NCBI GenBank assembly: GCA_043814985.1
Contig: JBDRJK010000014.1
Location: 34,369-98,368 of the forward strand
Reading direction: 5' to 3'
Length of the DNA: 64,000 nucleotides
Source of the DNA: Candidatus Aenigmatarchaeota archaeon
GTDB taxonomy: Archaea; Aenigmatarchaeota; Aenigmatarchaeia; Aenigmatarchaeales; Aenigmatarchaeaceae
Shown here: in pieces, positions 47,375 through 56,765 of the stretch
Position numbering within the stretch: the stretch's first letter is position 1
Layout of the letters: each line of letters starts with the position of its first letter
Notes under the pieces: generated by a model
What the model was told of the DNA's origin: nothing
The model's input: the letters and a program-made list of their open reading frames with translations, nothing else
Database searches by the model: none
Translations under genes and position numbers: made by a program

Positions 47375-48665
47375 AATGCTTGATATAAAAGTTATAAGGG
47401 AGAATCCGACCATTGTAGAAACTGACTTGGATAAAAGGGGAGACAATGAAAGGAAGAAAATCCTGAAGAAACTTGTTGAAGACGATAAGAAATACAGGGA
47501 ACTTCTCCAAGAGGTGGAAGACTTAAAACACAAGAGAAACGTTCTTTCCAAGGAAATAGCTTTATTGAAAAAGGACAACAAGGATGCTGCTTCAAAACTA
47601 AAGGAAGCTGCAGAAATTCCAGAAAAAATTAAGAAACTGGAAGAAGAAATTTCAAAATTAAAAGAAAATATTGATTTGGCCTTATACAGGATACCCAACC
47701 TTCTCCATGAGTCTGTTCCTGTTGGCAAGGACGAGTCCGAGAATGTTGAGATAAGGAGATGGGGGAAACCTCCTAAATTTGATTTCGAGCCAAAAAGCCA
47801 TTTTGAAATATTGAATGACCTTGGGATGATAGATGCTGAGGCAGCTGCAAGGGTTTCAGGCAGCCTGTTCTTCTTTTACAAGGGTCCAATTGTTTTGTTA
47901 GACCTTGCATTGCAAAGATTTGCTCTGGATATCATGGCCAAAGAGGGATTCCAGATTATTTATCCACCATTCATGGTCAATAAGAAAGTCTACGAAGGAA
48001 TGATAGGAGACCCTACTGACTTTGCTGAAGCGAGCTACAAGATAGAAGGAGAAGAGCTGTATCTGATACCAACAGCAGAATATCCACTTGGGGGAATGTA
48101 CATAGACCAAACCATCAATCAAAAAGACCTGCCCTTGAAGTTATGCGGTGTAAGCTCCTGTTTCAGAAAAGAGGTTGGCACGCACGGCAAGTTCTCTAAG
48201 GGCTTGTACAGGATGCACCAGTTCAACAAGGTTGAGATGATTGTGATGTGTTTGCCTGAAGAGTCTTGGGACTTCCATGAAAAAATGCAGAAAATTTGCG
48301 AAAGTGTCTACCAACAATTGGGTTTGCATTACAGGGTCGTTAATGTTTGCACTGGCGACATAGGAACCAAGGCATCCAAGAAGTATGATACAGAGATATG
48401 GATGGCTGATGGAAATTTCAGAGAGGTCGGTTCCAATTCAAATGTTCTGGATTATCAGGCAAGAAACTTGAACACAAAATACAGAGAAAAAGAGGGTCAA
48501 GCCCCAAAGGGATTTGTACACATTCTTAACAATACAGTTCTAGCAACCTCAAGAACAATGCTTGCTATTCTAGAGCAATACCAACAAAAGGACGGAACAG
48601 TACTAATACCAAAAGTTCTGCTGCCCTACATGGGTGGAATCAAAAAACTTGAAAAGCTCAAGTAA
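47367..48665 (+). CDS. serS: seryl-tRNA synthetase (standard bacterial/archaeal type)
   Basis: 432 aa. N-terminal coiled-coil tRNA-binding arm (MLDIKVIRENP...), class II motifs, e.g. motif 2 region FRKEVGTHGKFSKGLYRMHQFNKVE. Not the methanogen-type SerRS. Confidence 0.8.
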   Translation: MSKMLDIKVIRENPTIVETDLDKRGDNERKKILKKLVEDDKKYRELLQEVEDLKHKRNVLSKEIALLKKDNKDAASKLKEAAEIPEKIKKLEEEISKLKENIDLALYRIPNLLHESVPVGKDESENVEIRRWGKPPKFDFEPKSHFEILNDLGMIDAEAAARVSGSLFFFYKGPIVLLDLALQRFALDIMAKEGFQIIYPPFMVNKKVYEGMIGDPTDFAEASYKIEGEELYLIPTAEYPLGGMYIDQTINQKDLPLKLCGVSSCFRKEVGTHGKFSKGLYRMHQFNKVEMIVMCLPEESWDFHEKMQKICESVYQQLGLHYRVVNVCTGDIGTKASKKYDTEIWMADGNFREVGSNSNVLDYQARNLNTKYREKEGQAPKGFVHILNNTVLATSRTMLAILEQYQQKDGTVLIPKVLLPYMGGIKKLEKLK

Positions 48666-48667
48666 GA

Positions 48668-48976
48668 CTACCATCTGTCTCTAGGGTTTCTGGGTATTAT
48701 GATCCATGCTATCAGGTATGCCAACAGACCACTTCCGTATGCCAATCCGAAAATAATCCAGAGTATTCTGACTATGGTCGGGTCAACGTTGAAATAGTCT
48801 GCCAAACCACCGCAGACACCGCCGAGTATCTTGTTCTTTCCAGATCTATACAGTCTTTTTATTTCAGCTCTTCTGCTAGTTGTTCTACTAGTCCTTCTGC
48901 TGGCTGTTCTCCTGCTTTTCACTTCGCGCTTTTTTGCCATAGAAATAGTATATAGAAACAGGGATTTAAAATACAA
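48668..48976 (-). CDS. PspC-domain membrane protein
   Basis: About 100 aa. Arg/Ser/Thr-rich basic N-terminus, then LYRSGKNKILGGVCGGLADYFNVDPTIVRILWIIF, the PspC signature, and one TM helix. Confidence 0.55.
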   Translation of the reverse strand: MYFKSLFLYTISMAKKREVKSRRTASRRTSRTTSRRAEIKRLYRSGKNKILGGVCGGLADYFNVDPTIVRILWIIFGLAYGSGLLAYLIAWIIIPRNPRDRW

Positions 48977-49381
48977 CTACATTTTATTATTTTCTATATT
49001 TTTAAGAAAATCCATGATTTCAGTCATGACAGATGTTGTGAAATAATTACAAACAGAAGTTGCAGGAACCCACTTCAATTCCTTTAAACCACCGCCAGCC
49101 CTTTCAATTCCCTTGCCAGTACATTCAAAATATACTATAACAGCATTGATACTGGACTCAGGCATTATTCTAGCAGCAATAATTCTCTTTACATCAATAT
49201 CCAAACCAGTCTCCCTTTTAGCAATTTCTTTAATCTCCCTTTCGAAATCCAAGCTTTCCAGCTTTCCTCCTGGGAAGACCCATGTCAAGTGCTCGACAAA
49301 CTTGTCCTTCTCCTTTCTATTTCCAATCAACACATTTCCATTCTTATGAATTATTGCCAAGCCAACAACCATAAACTCCAT
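48977..49381 (-). CDS. NUDIX-family hydrolase (degenerate Nudix box)
   Basis: 134 aa. FPGGKLESLDFEREIKEIAKRETGLDI resembles but shortens the Nudix box (Gx5Ex7REUxEExGU). Confidence 0.4.
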   Translation of the reverse strand: MEFMVVGLAIIHKNGNVLIGNRKEKDKFVEHLTWVFPGGKLESLDFEREIKEIAKRETGLDIDVKRIIAARIMPESSINAVIVYFECTGKGIERAGGGLKELKWVPATSVCNYFTTSVMTEIMDFLKNIENNKM

Positions 49382-49443
49382 GAATAAAGTTCAATTATGA
49401 AAATATTTAAATATTAGTCTATATTATATGATAAACGATTTTC

Positions 49444-50562
49444 ATGGAACTAAACATATGGGACTTGCCAATAAACAAGTTTTATGTTAAGTTGAATAAG
49501 GATTTTGTAGAAGAGGCTTTGAGTAAAATAAAATCTAAATATGGCAGTTACAAAAAATTTTATAATAAATACAACATAGTAGAAAGCACCTTTTTTGGTT
49601 GGCGTAGAAACTGCCTTTACCCCTTACCAATTGTTATTAAACTTTGTAAACTGCTGGGCATACCCTTGGATTATATGCAAAAAAGCGTAACAGAATTAAA
49701 AAGCAAGCCATACCCTTCCAAGGGTGGAGATATAAGTTCTCCCATATTTCCAAATTTTCCCTTGAAACTATCCTTAGAACTTGTTAGACTAATAGCCCAC
49801 ATGTTGGGCGATGGTTGCATAACTCTCAATAAAAAGGGGCATTACAATTTTCAATATTACAATAAAAGTGAACATCTCAGAGAAATGTTTAAAGCCGACT
49901 CAAGAAAAGTTTTTGGAAATTTGTATATACATGAAGCTGTCAACAAAGGAACGCCATACATATTTTTACCTGCACCCGTTGCTATAATATTTCTCCATTT
50001 AGTGAAGGATTTTCACAGCAAGAAAAGTAGAGTGCCCAAATTCATAAAAACATCCTCTTCCAAAGTAAAGAGAGAGTTCATTAAGTCTATCTTTGACGAT
50101 GAAGGCTCTGTCAAATTTAGGAAGAATGAAAGAAATATAGAATTTGCACTGTCAAACAAGCCATTTGTAAATGATGTAAAAATATTATTGAATGAATTTG
50201 GAATAAAGACTTCTAAGATTTCAGAAAGAACTGATAAAAAAGGATATTACAAGGCTTATTTTTACATAAGAAACTACCATAACATTTCTAAGTTTTATAA
50301 ATCCATAGGATTTTATCATCCGAAAAAACAGAAAAAACTAGAGGAAATTATTAAGTTTCCGGGAAGAAAGAGCTATGCTCGCGGTGAGACGAAGAAACTC
50401 ATTATAAACTTGTTAGAAGAAAGACCTTTTAGTACCTTTGAACTTTCCAAGAAACTTGAAAGAAGTATAGTTAATGTAGATATTTTTGCCAGAAGACTTA
50501 AGAACGATGGAAAGATAGAGCGTTTTAAGACTGGTAAACAACTATTATGGAGAGTGAAATAA
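49444..50562 (+). CDS. free-standing double-motif LAGLIDADG homing endonuclease with an N-terminal helix-turn-helix-like region
   Basis: 372 aa. Two LAGLIDADG motifs: LIAHMLGDGCIT and FIKSIFDDEGSV, about 100 aa apart. Basic C-terminal tail. Stop TAA 50560-50562 directly abuts the topA ATG at 50563. Confidence 0.6.
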   Translation: MELNIWDLPINKFYVKLNKDFVEEALSKIKSKYGSYKKFYNKYNIVESTFFGWRRNCLYPLPIVIKLCKLLGIPLDYMQKSVTELKSKPYPSKGGDISSPIFPNFPLKLSLELVRLIAHMLGDGCITLNKKGHYNFQYYNKSEHLREMFKADSRKVFGNLYIHEAVNKGTPYIFLPAPVAIIFLHLVKDFHSKKSRVPKFIKTSSSKVKREFIKSIFDDEGSVKFRKNERNIEFALSNKPFVNDVKILLNEFGIKTSKISERTDKKGYYKAYFYIRNYHNISKFYKSIGFYHPKKQKKLEEIIKFPGRKSYARGETKKLIINLLEERPFSTFELSKKLERSIVNVDIFARRLKNDGKIERFKTGKQLLWRVK

Positions 50563-52833
50563 ATGGTTATAATAATTATTTGTGAAAAACCTGATGCGGC
50601 AATGAGGATGTCTAGAGCATTGGCAGAGAAGGACCTGAAGAAGAAGACGAGCAAGTACGGCGTTGACTACTACGAATTCATGAGGAACGGCAAGAAGCAC
50701 ATTGTTGTTGCAGCTGTTGGCCACCTCTTCAACCTAAAACAAAACGGCAAGGGTTGGGACTATCCTGTTTTTGACGCTGACTGGGTGCCTTCTTTCAAGG
50801 CCATCAAAACATCAGCCTTCTCGGAGAAATACTTCAGGACAATAGAGCAAATAGCAAATGAAAACAAGAACAGCAAACTAATCAGTGCGGCTGACTATGA
50901 CAACGAAGGGTCTGTGATAGCCGCAAACATAATCAAGTTTATTTTCAATCAGGACGACGCCAAGCGTATGAAGTTCTCCACCCTAACCAAGCCTGACCTG
51001 ATAAAGTCCTACGATGAGATGATGCCACATTTAGATACAGGAAATATCGAGTCGGGAGTTGCAAGGCACTATCTTGATTATTTCTACGGAGTATCAACAA
51101 CAAGAGCATTGACACTTGCTGTCAAGAAGAACTCAAAAAGATTCTCAATAGTTTCAACTGGCAGAGTCCAGGGACCTGTGCTGACAATGCTTGCCAACAA
51201 GGAGCTTGAGATAAACAGGTTCAAGCCAAAGCCCTACTGGCAATTACAAATGATTTTGCTAATTAATGGAAACGAGGTTATTGCCCTTTATGAAAAGGAG
51301 AAGATGTGGGACGAGAAAGAGGCTACAAAAATATTCAAGGCGGTAAAGGGAAAGGCAGCTGTTGTCGATGATGTCAACAAGAGAGAATACAAGCAAGCAC
51401 CACCAAAGCCTTTCAACATAACCTCCTTGCAAACAGAAGCTTACAGACTGTTCGGCTATTCACCGCAAATGACCTTGGGAATAGCGCAGAAGCTCTACAC
51501 AAGCGCTTTCATTTCTTATCCGAGAACATCATCAGAGAAGTTGCTGCCTCAGATTGGTTATAAGGAAATCTTGAAGGCCTTGTCAAACATCAAGAAGTAC
51601 AAGAAATTGTGCGATGAACTTTTGAAGGAAAAGGATTTGACGCCAACCGAGGGCAAGAGAACAGATCCAGCCCACGAGGCAATACACCCGACAGTCGAGC
51701 CGCCCAAGTCAGTAGCAAGACTGAGGGCATCGTCCCAAAGGATTTACGATTTGATATGCAGGAGATACCTTACCTGCTTTGGCAAGCCTGCGACAAGGGA
51801 GAGCATGAAAGTCACTATCAAAGTTAATGGTAATAAATTCATAACAACTGGAAGAAGGACACTTGAAAAAGGCTGGATGCAGTACTACGGACCTTATGCG
51901 AAGTTCGACGAGATTGTTCTGCCTGACTTGAAGAAAGGCGACAAGCTGAAGATTAAAACATTAGATATGTTGAGCAAGGAGACATCACCACCCCCAAGGT
52001 TTTCCCAGGCAGCCATGATCAAGGAAATGGAAAAAAGAGGCTTGGGAACAAGGGCTACCAGGGCAGCCATCATGCAGACTTTGTACAACAGGAGCTATGT
52101 CATGGGTAAGAGCATTAAGGTCACTACACTGGGATTAAAGGTTGCAATGAACCTGAAGAAGTATGTTCCTGATTTTGTTGACGAGAAGCTCACAAGAAGG
52201 TTTGAGAAGGACCTGGAAAAAATAATGCAGGAAAAAGTGAAGAAGGAGAAGATACTGAGCAAGGCCAAGAAGGTTGTTACAAAGATATGCGACGAGTTCA
52301 GGAAGAACGAGGACGAGATTGGTAAGGGACTTGGCGAAGCCATTATAGAGACGCAGAACAAAAAGGCAACACTTGGTCCATGCCCCAACTGTGACGGGAC
52401 CTTGAAGATAATGTTCAGCCCGTTTTCCAAGAAAATGTTTGTGGGATGCACCAGCTATTCAAGGTGCAAGAAGTGCGGCTTCACTAAAAAGGCCTGCAAG
52501 TGCAAGTGTCCCATTTGCAAAGGTCAGAAAGGGAAATGTAAATGTAGCTGGAAGGAGAAAGTATGGATGCCATCATGCCAGACAGGCTTCCCGTTGCCGC
52601 ATAATGCTTCCTTCACGAGTCTGGAGAAGCTCTGCGACAAGTGCAACACGCCAATTATCAGGGTCATGAGAAAGGGCAAGAGGCCCTTCAAGATGTGTCT
52701 TGATCCCAATTGTGTAACAAAGGCTGATTGGGGCAAGAAAAAAGAGAAGAAAGGCAAGACAACTAAGGCAGTGAAGAAAGCAATCAAGAAGACTGTTAAG
52801 AAAAAGGCTTCTAAGAATCCCAAAAAGAAGTGA
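50563..52833 (+). CDS. topA: type IA DNA topoisomerase (Topo I/III) with C-terminal zinc ribbons and a Lys-rich tail
   Basis: 756 aa. Toprim N-terminus (IIICEKPDAA ... ADYDNEGSVIA), active-site Tyr segment AFISYPRTSSEKL, and C-terminal Cys4-type clusters (CPNCDG..., CKCKCPICKG...). Confidence 0.8.
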   Translation: MVIIIICEKPDAAMRMSRALAEKDLKKKTSKYGVDYYEFMRNGKKHIVVAAVGHLFNLKQNGKGWDYPVFDADWVPSFKAIKTSAFSEKYFRTIEQIANENKNSKLISAADYDNEGSVIAANIIKFIFNQDDAKRMKFSTLTKPDLIKSYDEMMPHLDTGNIESGVARHYLDYFYGVSTTRALTLAVKKNSKRFSIVSTGRVQGPVLTMLANKELEINRFKPKPYWQLQMILLINGNEVIALYEKEKMWDEKEATKIFKAVKGKAAVVDDVNKREYKQAPPKPFNITSLQTEAYRLFGYSPQMTLGIAQKLYTSAFISYPRTSSEKLLPQIGYKEILKALSNIKKYKKLCDELLKEKDLTPTEGKRTDPAHEAIHPTVEPPKSVARLRASSQRIYDLICRRYLTCFGKPATRESMKVTIKVNGNKFITTGRRTLEKGWMQYYGPYAKFDEIVLPDLKKGDKLKIKTLDMLSKETSPPPRFSQAAMIKEMEKRGLGTRATRAAIMQTLYNRSYVMGKSIKVTTLGLKVAMNLKKYVPDFVDEKLTRRFEKDLEKIMQEKVKKEKILSKAKKVVTKICDEFRKNEDEIGKGLGEAIIETQNKKATLGPCPNCDGTLKIMFSPFSKKMFVGCTSYSRCKKCGFTKKACKCKCPICKGQKGKCKCSWKEKVWMPSCQTGFPLPHNASFTSLEKLCDKCNTPIIRVMRKGKRPFKMCLDPNCVTKADWGKKKEKKGKTTKAVKKAIKKTVKKKASKNPKKK

Positions 52834-52842
52834 GCTTAAATC

Positions 52843-52856
52843 GTTTTTTGTTCTTA
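52843..52856 (+). terminator. oligo-T tract, candidate archaeal terminator after topA
   Basis: cgttttttgttctt begins 10 nt after the stop codon. Confidence 0.3.
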
Positions 52857-52872
52857 GTAATTAGGGGGTATT

Positions 52873-53649
52873 ATGAGAAGATACATGACAAAAGAAGATG
52901 TTGTTGAAAAAACAAATGAAAATGTAGACTTATTTTTCTTTGATCTTAATAATTCAACTGTCAAAAGAAATAGAGTTAGAAACTTTCATTCCTTCAAGGA
53001 GTTTTTCAAAAATACTACAAGACCTCCTATCTACAAAAATTTGAAGATGGGAAAGATATACTTTTCAGAAAATTTGAAGGACTGGAGAAGTGATGATAAG
53101 ATTGGCAGTTTCATGCCAGCGGCATGCCATGTTTTTCTTTTTGATGTGACAAAAGAAGATTTCTACGAGGCAGGAACAGATTATTGTAAGAATAATGAGA
53201 TTCCTTACATCAAGAGATTTCAAAATAATGTTAGAAATCTCAACATAGAGACCATCTTGATAACTAGACATGTCTTTCCAGAGCCATATGTGAAGTATTT
53301 TGAATTTGGTGACAAGGTTTCAAATTATACTAAATTTGACAGCAAAGGCAGGTTCAAGCGCTTCGATATTCCCATCAGGACTGGGGAAGACAAGCTAAAG
53401 GCTGCAAAGCTAAAAGTCAGGGAAAAGAACCTGACGCTTGATAGATGTGCTGCTATGGTTGACGGAATCAATGACATTCCATTGGTTGAGGCGTTGACTG
53501 AGGAAGGTGGTTTAACTTTGGCAAGCCCGCTTGCAAAACCAGAACTGGCAAAAAAAGTAGACTATCATATAAAGAGTTTTGAAGATCTTGGTGTTCTGGC
53601 AAGGATGCTGGAAAAAGAAATGCCACAATTTAAACCTTTGAGTATCTAG
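52873..53649 (+). CDS. HAD-superfamily-like hydrolase (motif I degenerate)
   Basis: 258 aa. FFFDLNNST resembles HAD motif I but reads D-L-N rather than DxD. The motif IV-like MVDGINDIP is present. Confidence 0.35.
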   Translation: MRRYMTKEDVVEKTNENVDLFFFDLNNSTVKRNRVRNFHSFKEFFKNTTRPPIYKNLKMGKIYFSENLKDWRSDDKIGSFMPAACHVFLFDVTKEDFYEAGTDYCKNNEIPYIKRFQNNVRNLNIETILITRHVFPEPYVKYFEFGDKVSNYTKFDSKGRFKRFDIPIRTGEDKLKAAKLKVREKNLTLDRCAAMVDGINDIPLVEALTEEGGLTLASPLAKPELAKKVDYHIKSFEDLGVLARMLEKEMPQFKPLSI

Positions 53650-53918
53650 CCACTTCCTAATCCAATCACAAAGCTGTACACACCTTTTATAATAAGAATC
53701 ACCCACAGCCATGGAAGGCTGAAATTGAATACCAGCATCAGGCCTGCTATCATGTCAATGACACCCAATACAAGGAACATCTTTGAAGAAATGCCCCCTA
53801 AAGCAGAGGTCAATCCCTTGAACAATAAGATTATCCCCAGATAAAACCCTAGGAAATTGGGAAACAGTAAGCTTATGCCTGCAAGTATGTCTATCAGGCC
53901 AACAATAGCTAAGAGCAT
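53646..53918 (-). CDS. small integral membrane protein
   Basis: 90 aa with three hydrophobic helices. Overlaps the upstream stop by 4 nt. Confidence 0.35.
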   Translation of the reverse strand: MLLAIVGLIDILAGISLLFPNFLGFYLGIILLFKGLTSALGGISSKMFLVLGVIDMIAGLMLVFNFSLPWLWVILIIKGVYSFVIGLGSG

Positions 53919-53980
53919 AATAACAATTCTAACATAGAATTTAAATCCTTTTATAATTCATAATAGAATGAAGTGATAAC

Positions 53981-54823
53981 ATGGATTTTGCATGTCTAGA
54001 ATTGAGGAATCCCACAACGAACGCTCCTGGAGTTAATTCTTCAACACCTGATTTATTGAAGAGCTGGGAGGATGCTGGAATAGGAGCAGTTGTAACAAAA
54101 CCCATTGGAATGGTAGCAAGGACTGGCAATCCTAATCCGACTCTGATAAATCCCTATCCTGGAGTCTACATTAATTGCATGGGCCTTCCAGGGCCAGGTT
54201 ACAAGTATTTTCTAAATGAATTAAGTGAATATAATTTTGAAGTACCTGTTATAATTCAGATACACGGCAAAGACGAGAAAGAATTCAACCATCTGATAAG
54301 CTATGCGCATGATTACGGGGATGGTTTCGAGGTGAATGTTTCCTGTCCCCATGCAAAGTTAGGAGGTTTTCACATAGGCTTTGACTCATATGTCTTGAGA
54401 AGGGTTTTGAAGGAGTCAAGGAAAGCAACTGACAAGCCAATTGGTGTCAAACTTCCCTATTATTCTTCTGACGACAGGAAGCTGGAGAAGGTTGTCAGAG
54501 TTATAGAAGAGACTGGTATGGATTGGATAACAGAGATTAACACACTTAGGGCAATGGACTATGATCCAATAGTTGGAAAACCTCGATTATCGAATACATT
54601 TGGTGGGCAGTCTGGAAAATCAATTCATTTCTGCGCTTTGGCTCAGGTCAAAAAAACAAGAGAGCTTACATATTTGCCTATAGCTGGTAGTGGTGGTGTT
54701 GAGAATTCCTATGATGCTAAGAGATTCTTTGGTGTGGGTGCGAATGTCGTCCAGCTTGGTACTGGTTTGGAAATCTATAAGAATGTGGAAGAGTTTGTTA
54801 AAGCAGTATTAAAAGATTTGTAA
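53981..54823 (+). CDS. pyrD: dihydroorotate dehydrogenase catalytic subunit (class 1)
   Basis: 280 aa. DHOD signatures FEVNVSCPHAKLGG and the FMN-binding C-terminal PIAGSGGVENSYDAKRFFGVGANVVQLGTG. Located next to the pyrF/pyrE-like genes. Confidence 0.65.
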   Translation: MDFACLELRNPTTNAPGVNSSTPDLLKSWEDAGIGAVVTKPIGMVARTGNPNPTLINPYPGVYINCMGLPGPGYKYFLNELSEYNFEVPVIIQIHGKDEKEFNHLISYAHDYGDGFEVNVSCPHAKLGGFHIGFDSYVLRRVLKESRKATDKPIGVKLPYYSSDDRKLEKVVRVIEETGMDWITEINTLRAMDYDPIVGKPRLSNTFGGQSGKSIHFCALAQVKKTRELTYLPIAGSGGVENSYDAKRFFGVGANVVQLGTGLEIYKNVEEFVKAVLKDL

Positions 54824-54833
54824 ATCATTCGTA

Positions 54834-55649
54834 ATGCCAGTTACGTATAAATATTTTCTTTGTTTAATAAGAAATGATAAAATGGGATTCTCCAGTCTAA
54901 ACCATGGAATTATTCCAGCGCTTGATGTGAACACCCTTGAAGAGGCCACAAGAATTATTATTGAAGTGGATGATGTAAAGGGTATTGTAGGCTATAAAGC
55001 AGGAAAAATATTACAGACCAATTATATTCTAAAAGATGTTCTTGATGCGACTAGCAGGGCTACAAATAAACCAGTAATACTGGACCCACAGAAAGAGGGA
55101 AATGATGTAGAATTTACAGAACCAAACTTTATAGCCAATTACGCCAATGCAGGGGTAAAGACAATGATAATGTTTCCATTTTCTAGTCCTAGAGTACAAG
55201 CAACATGTGTCAAAGCATGCCGTAATAATAACGTATTGCCTATCGGAGGTTTTAGGTTAACACAAAAAGGGTTTGATGAAACAAATGAAGTGGAGATGGG
55301 AGACATTGATCCCGTTTTTGAAGGTATGAAATTCAGAGGTTATATTTCTAGTGATGCAGAGAAAAGGGCTTTACAAGTTTATGCTTTAATGGGTGTAGAA
55401 CATTACATAGGGCCTGGAAACAAAATAGATGAGTTAACAAATATGAAAAATATGCTTAAAGATTATGGAGCCAATCCGAGCTTCTTAATGCCTGGGATAG
55501 GAAGGCAAGGAGGAGATATTTATTCTGCTTTCAAGGCTGTTGAAGATTGTCCTGGAGCATACGGCATAGTAGGCTCTGGTATACACAAAGCCAAAGATAA
55601 AGTCGAAGCAGCAGAAAAACTCTGTGAAGAAGCCTTGAAGTTCGAGTGA
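54834..55649 (+). CDS. OMP-decarboxylase-suprafamily protein, probably orotidine 5'-phosphate decarboxylase (atypical motif spacing)
   Basis: 271 aa (a start at MGFSS, 54879, is possible). IPALDV and YKAGK motifs, and C-terminal PGIGRQGG. The expected DxKxxD reads ILDPQKEGND. Sits between pyrD and pyrE. Confidence 0.45.
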   Translation: MPVTYKYFLCLIRNDKMGFSSLNHGIIPALDVNTLEEATRIIIEVDDVKGIVGYKAGKILQTNYILKDVLDATSRATNKPVILDPQKEGNDVEFTEPNFIANYANAGVKTMIMFPFSSPRVQATCVKACRNNNVLPIGGFRLTQKGFDETNEVEMGDIDPVFEGMKFRGYISSDAEKRALQVYALMGVEHYIGPGNKIDELTNMKNMLKDYGANPSFLMPGIGRQGGDIYSAFKAVEDCPGAYGIVGSGIHKAKDKVEAAEKLCEEALKFE

Positions 55650-55655
55650 TTTTAT

Positions 55656-56342
55656 ATGGAATTAACCAAATCTAAAATGAAACTGCTTGAGGCGGCAATA
55701 CCATCTGGAACACTAAAGTTTGGTGAGTTCAAGTTGAAATCTGGTAGAATATCCCCTTACTTCTGGAATGCTGCTGCGATGAGTGATGGAAATTCTTGCT
55801 CTCTTGAAGGCATAGCTTACGCGACAAAATTAACCGAGATAGGAACTGATAAGTTTGATGTGGTGTTTGGTCCCGCGTACAAAGCCATACCAATTTCTGT
55901 CTCAACAGCAATCTCCCTGAAAAGAGACTATGATATAAATAAGATGTTTGCATACGACAGGAAACTACCCAAGGACCATGGTGACCCTATGGACAGGCTA
56001 ATCAATGGCAGGCTTGATACAGGTGACAGGATAATGATTCTTGATGATGTTATAACAACCGGGAAGACAAAGAAAGATGAAATTAAACTGTTGGATGATC
56101 TTAACAAGGAACTGGAAGTTGTTGGAATTTTAATTGGTTTGAACAGGAAGGAAACAGACAAGGAAGGCAACGATCCTGTTAAGGTTTTGCAAGATGAGGT
56201 AGGCGTTCCAGTTTATAGTATTTTGAATTCTGTGGACATATTTGAATTGTTGCACAACAAAGAAATTCTAGGTAATGTTTGGGTAGACGATGAGAAATAT
56301 AATCAATTTCAAGAATACAAAGCAAAATACGGCGTAAACTAA
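55656..56342 (+). CDS. pyrE: orotate phosphoribosyltransferase
   Basis: 228 aa. PRPP-binding motif IMILDDVITTGKT. N-terminal hood region typical of type I PRTases. Confidence 0.7.
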   Translation: MELTKSKMKLLEAAIPSGTLKFGEFKLKSGRISPYFWNAAAMSDGNSCSLEGIAYATKLTEIGTDKFDVVFGPAYKAIPISVSTAISLKRDYDINKMFAYDRKLPKDHGDPMDRLINGRLDTGDRIMILDDVITTGKTKKDEIKLLDDLNKELEVVGILIGLNRKETDKEGNDPVKVLQDEVGVPVYSILNSVDIFELLHNKEILGNVWVDDEKYNQFQEYKAKYGVN

Positions 56343-56408
56343 TTTAAGAAACACTTTCTTTATTTAAGATTTTCAGTCTAAACTGATATCTTTAAATAGT
56401 TTTTATGT

Positions 56409-56765
56409 ATGTATATACTAACTATGAAAATAGAGATACACAAAAAAGACGAGAAGACAGCGATCCTGATAAGCTTTGACACGGTCAGGGAAAAGTTCGA
56501 ATCGCCTTCAGAACGAAACAGATTCTACTGGGAGTTACATGGAAGGAAGCAGGTTGTAATAAAGAAATCTAAAAGGTACAAATATCATAGAGAAGGACTT
56601 CTAGAGGAAATACCTAATATCAAGGTCTCTGACTCTGTTTTCATAATTGCTATGGAGCACATGAAGAGGATGATGAATTTTTTTGACGAGTGGGATGACA
56701 AGGTTGAACTGAAGACATTCCCAGTATTGCTTGATAAAGAAGAGATGAGAGAGGTTGAAGAATGA
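56409..56765 (+). CDS. hypothetical protein
   Basis: 118-aa ORF with a 4-nt overlap with the downstream NUDIX gene. No motifs recognised. Confidence 0.3.
   Translation: MYILTMKIEIHKKDEKTAILISFDTVREKFESPSERNRFYWELHGRKQVVIKKSKRYKYHREGLLEEIPNIKVSDSVFIIAMEHMKRMMNFFDEWDDKVELKTFPVLLDKEEMREVEE

Noticed and set aside
49444-52833. Possibility that the LAGLIDADG ORF is an intein or degenerate intein of topoisomerase
   Set aside because: It has its own start and stop. TopA begins with an intact Toprim N-terminus (ICEKPDAA...DYDNEG) right after the LAGLIDADG stop, so the endonuclease is free-standing, not in-frame within topA.
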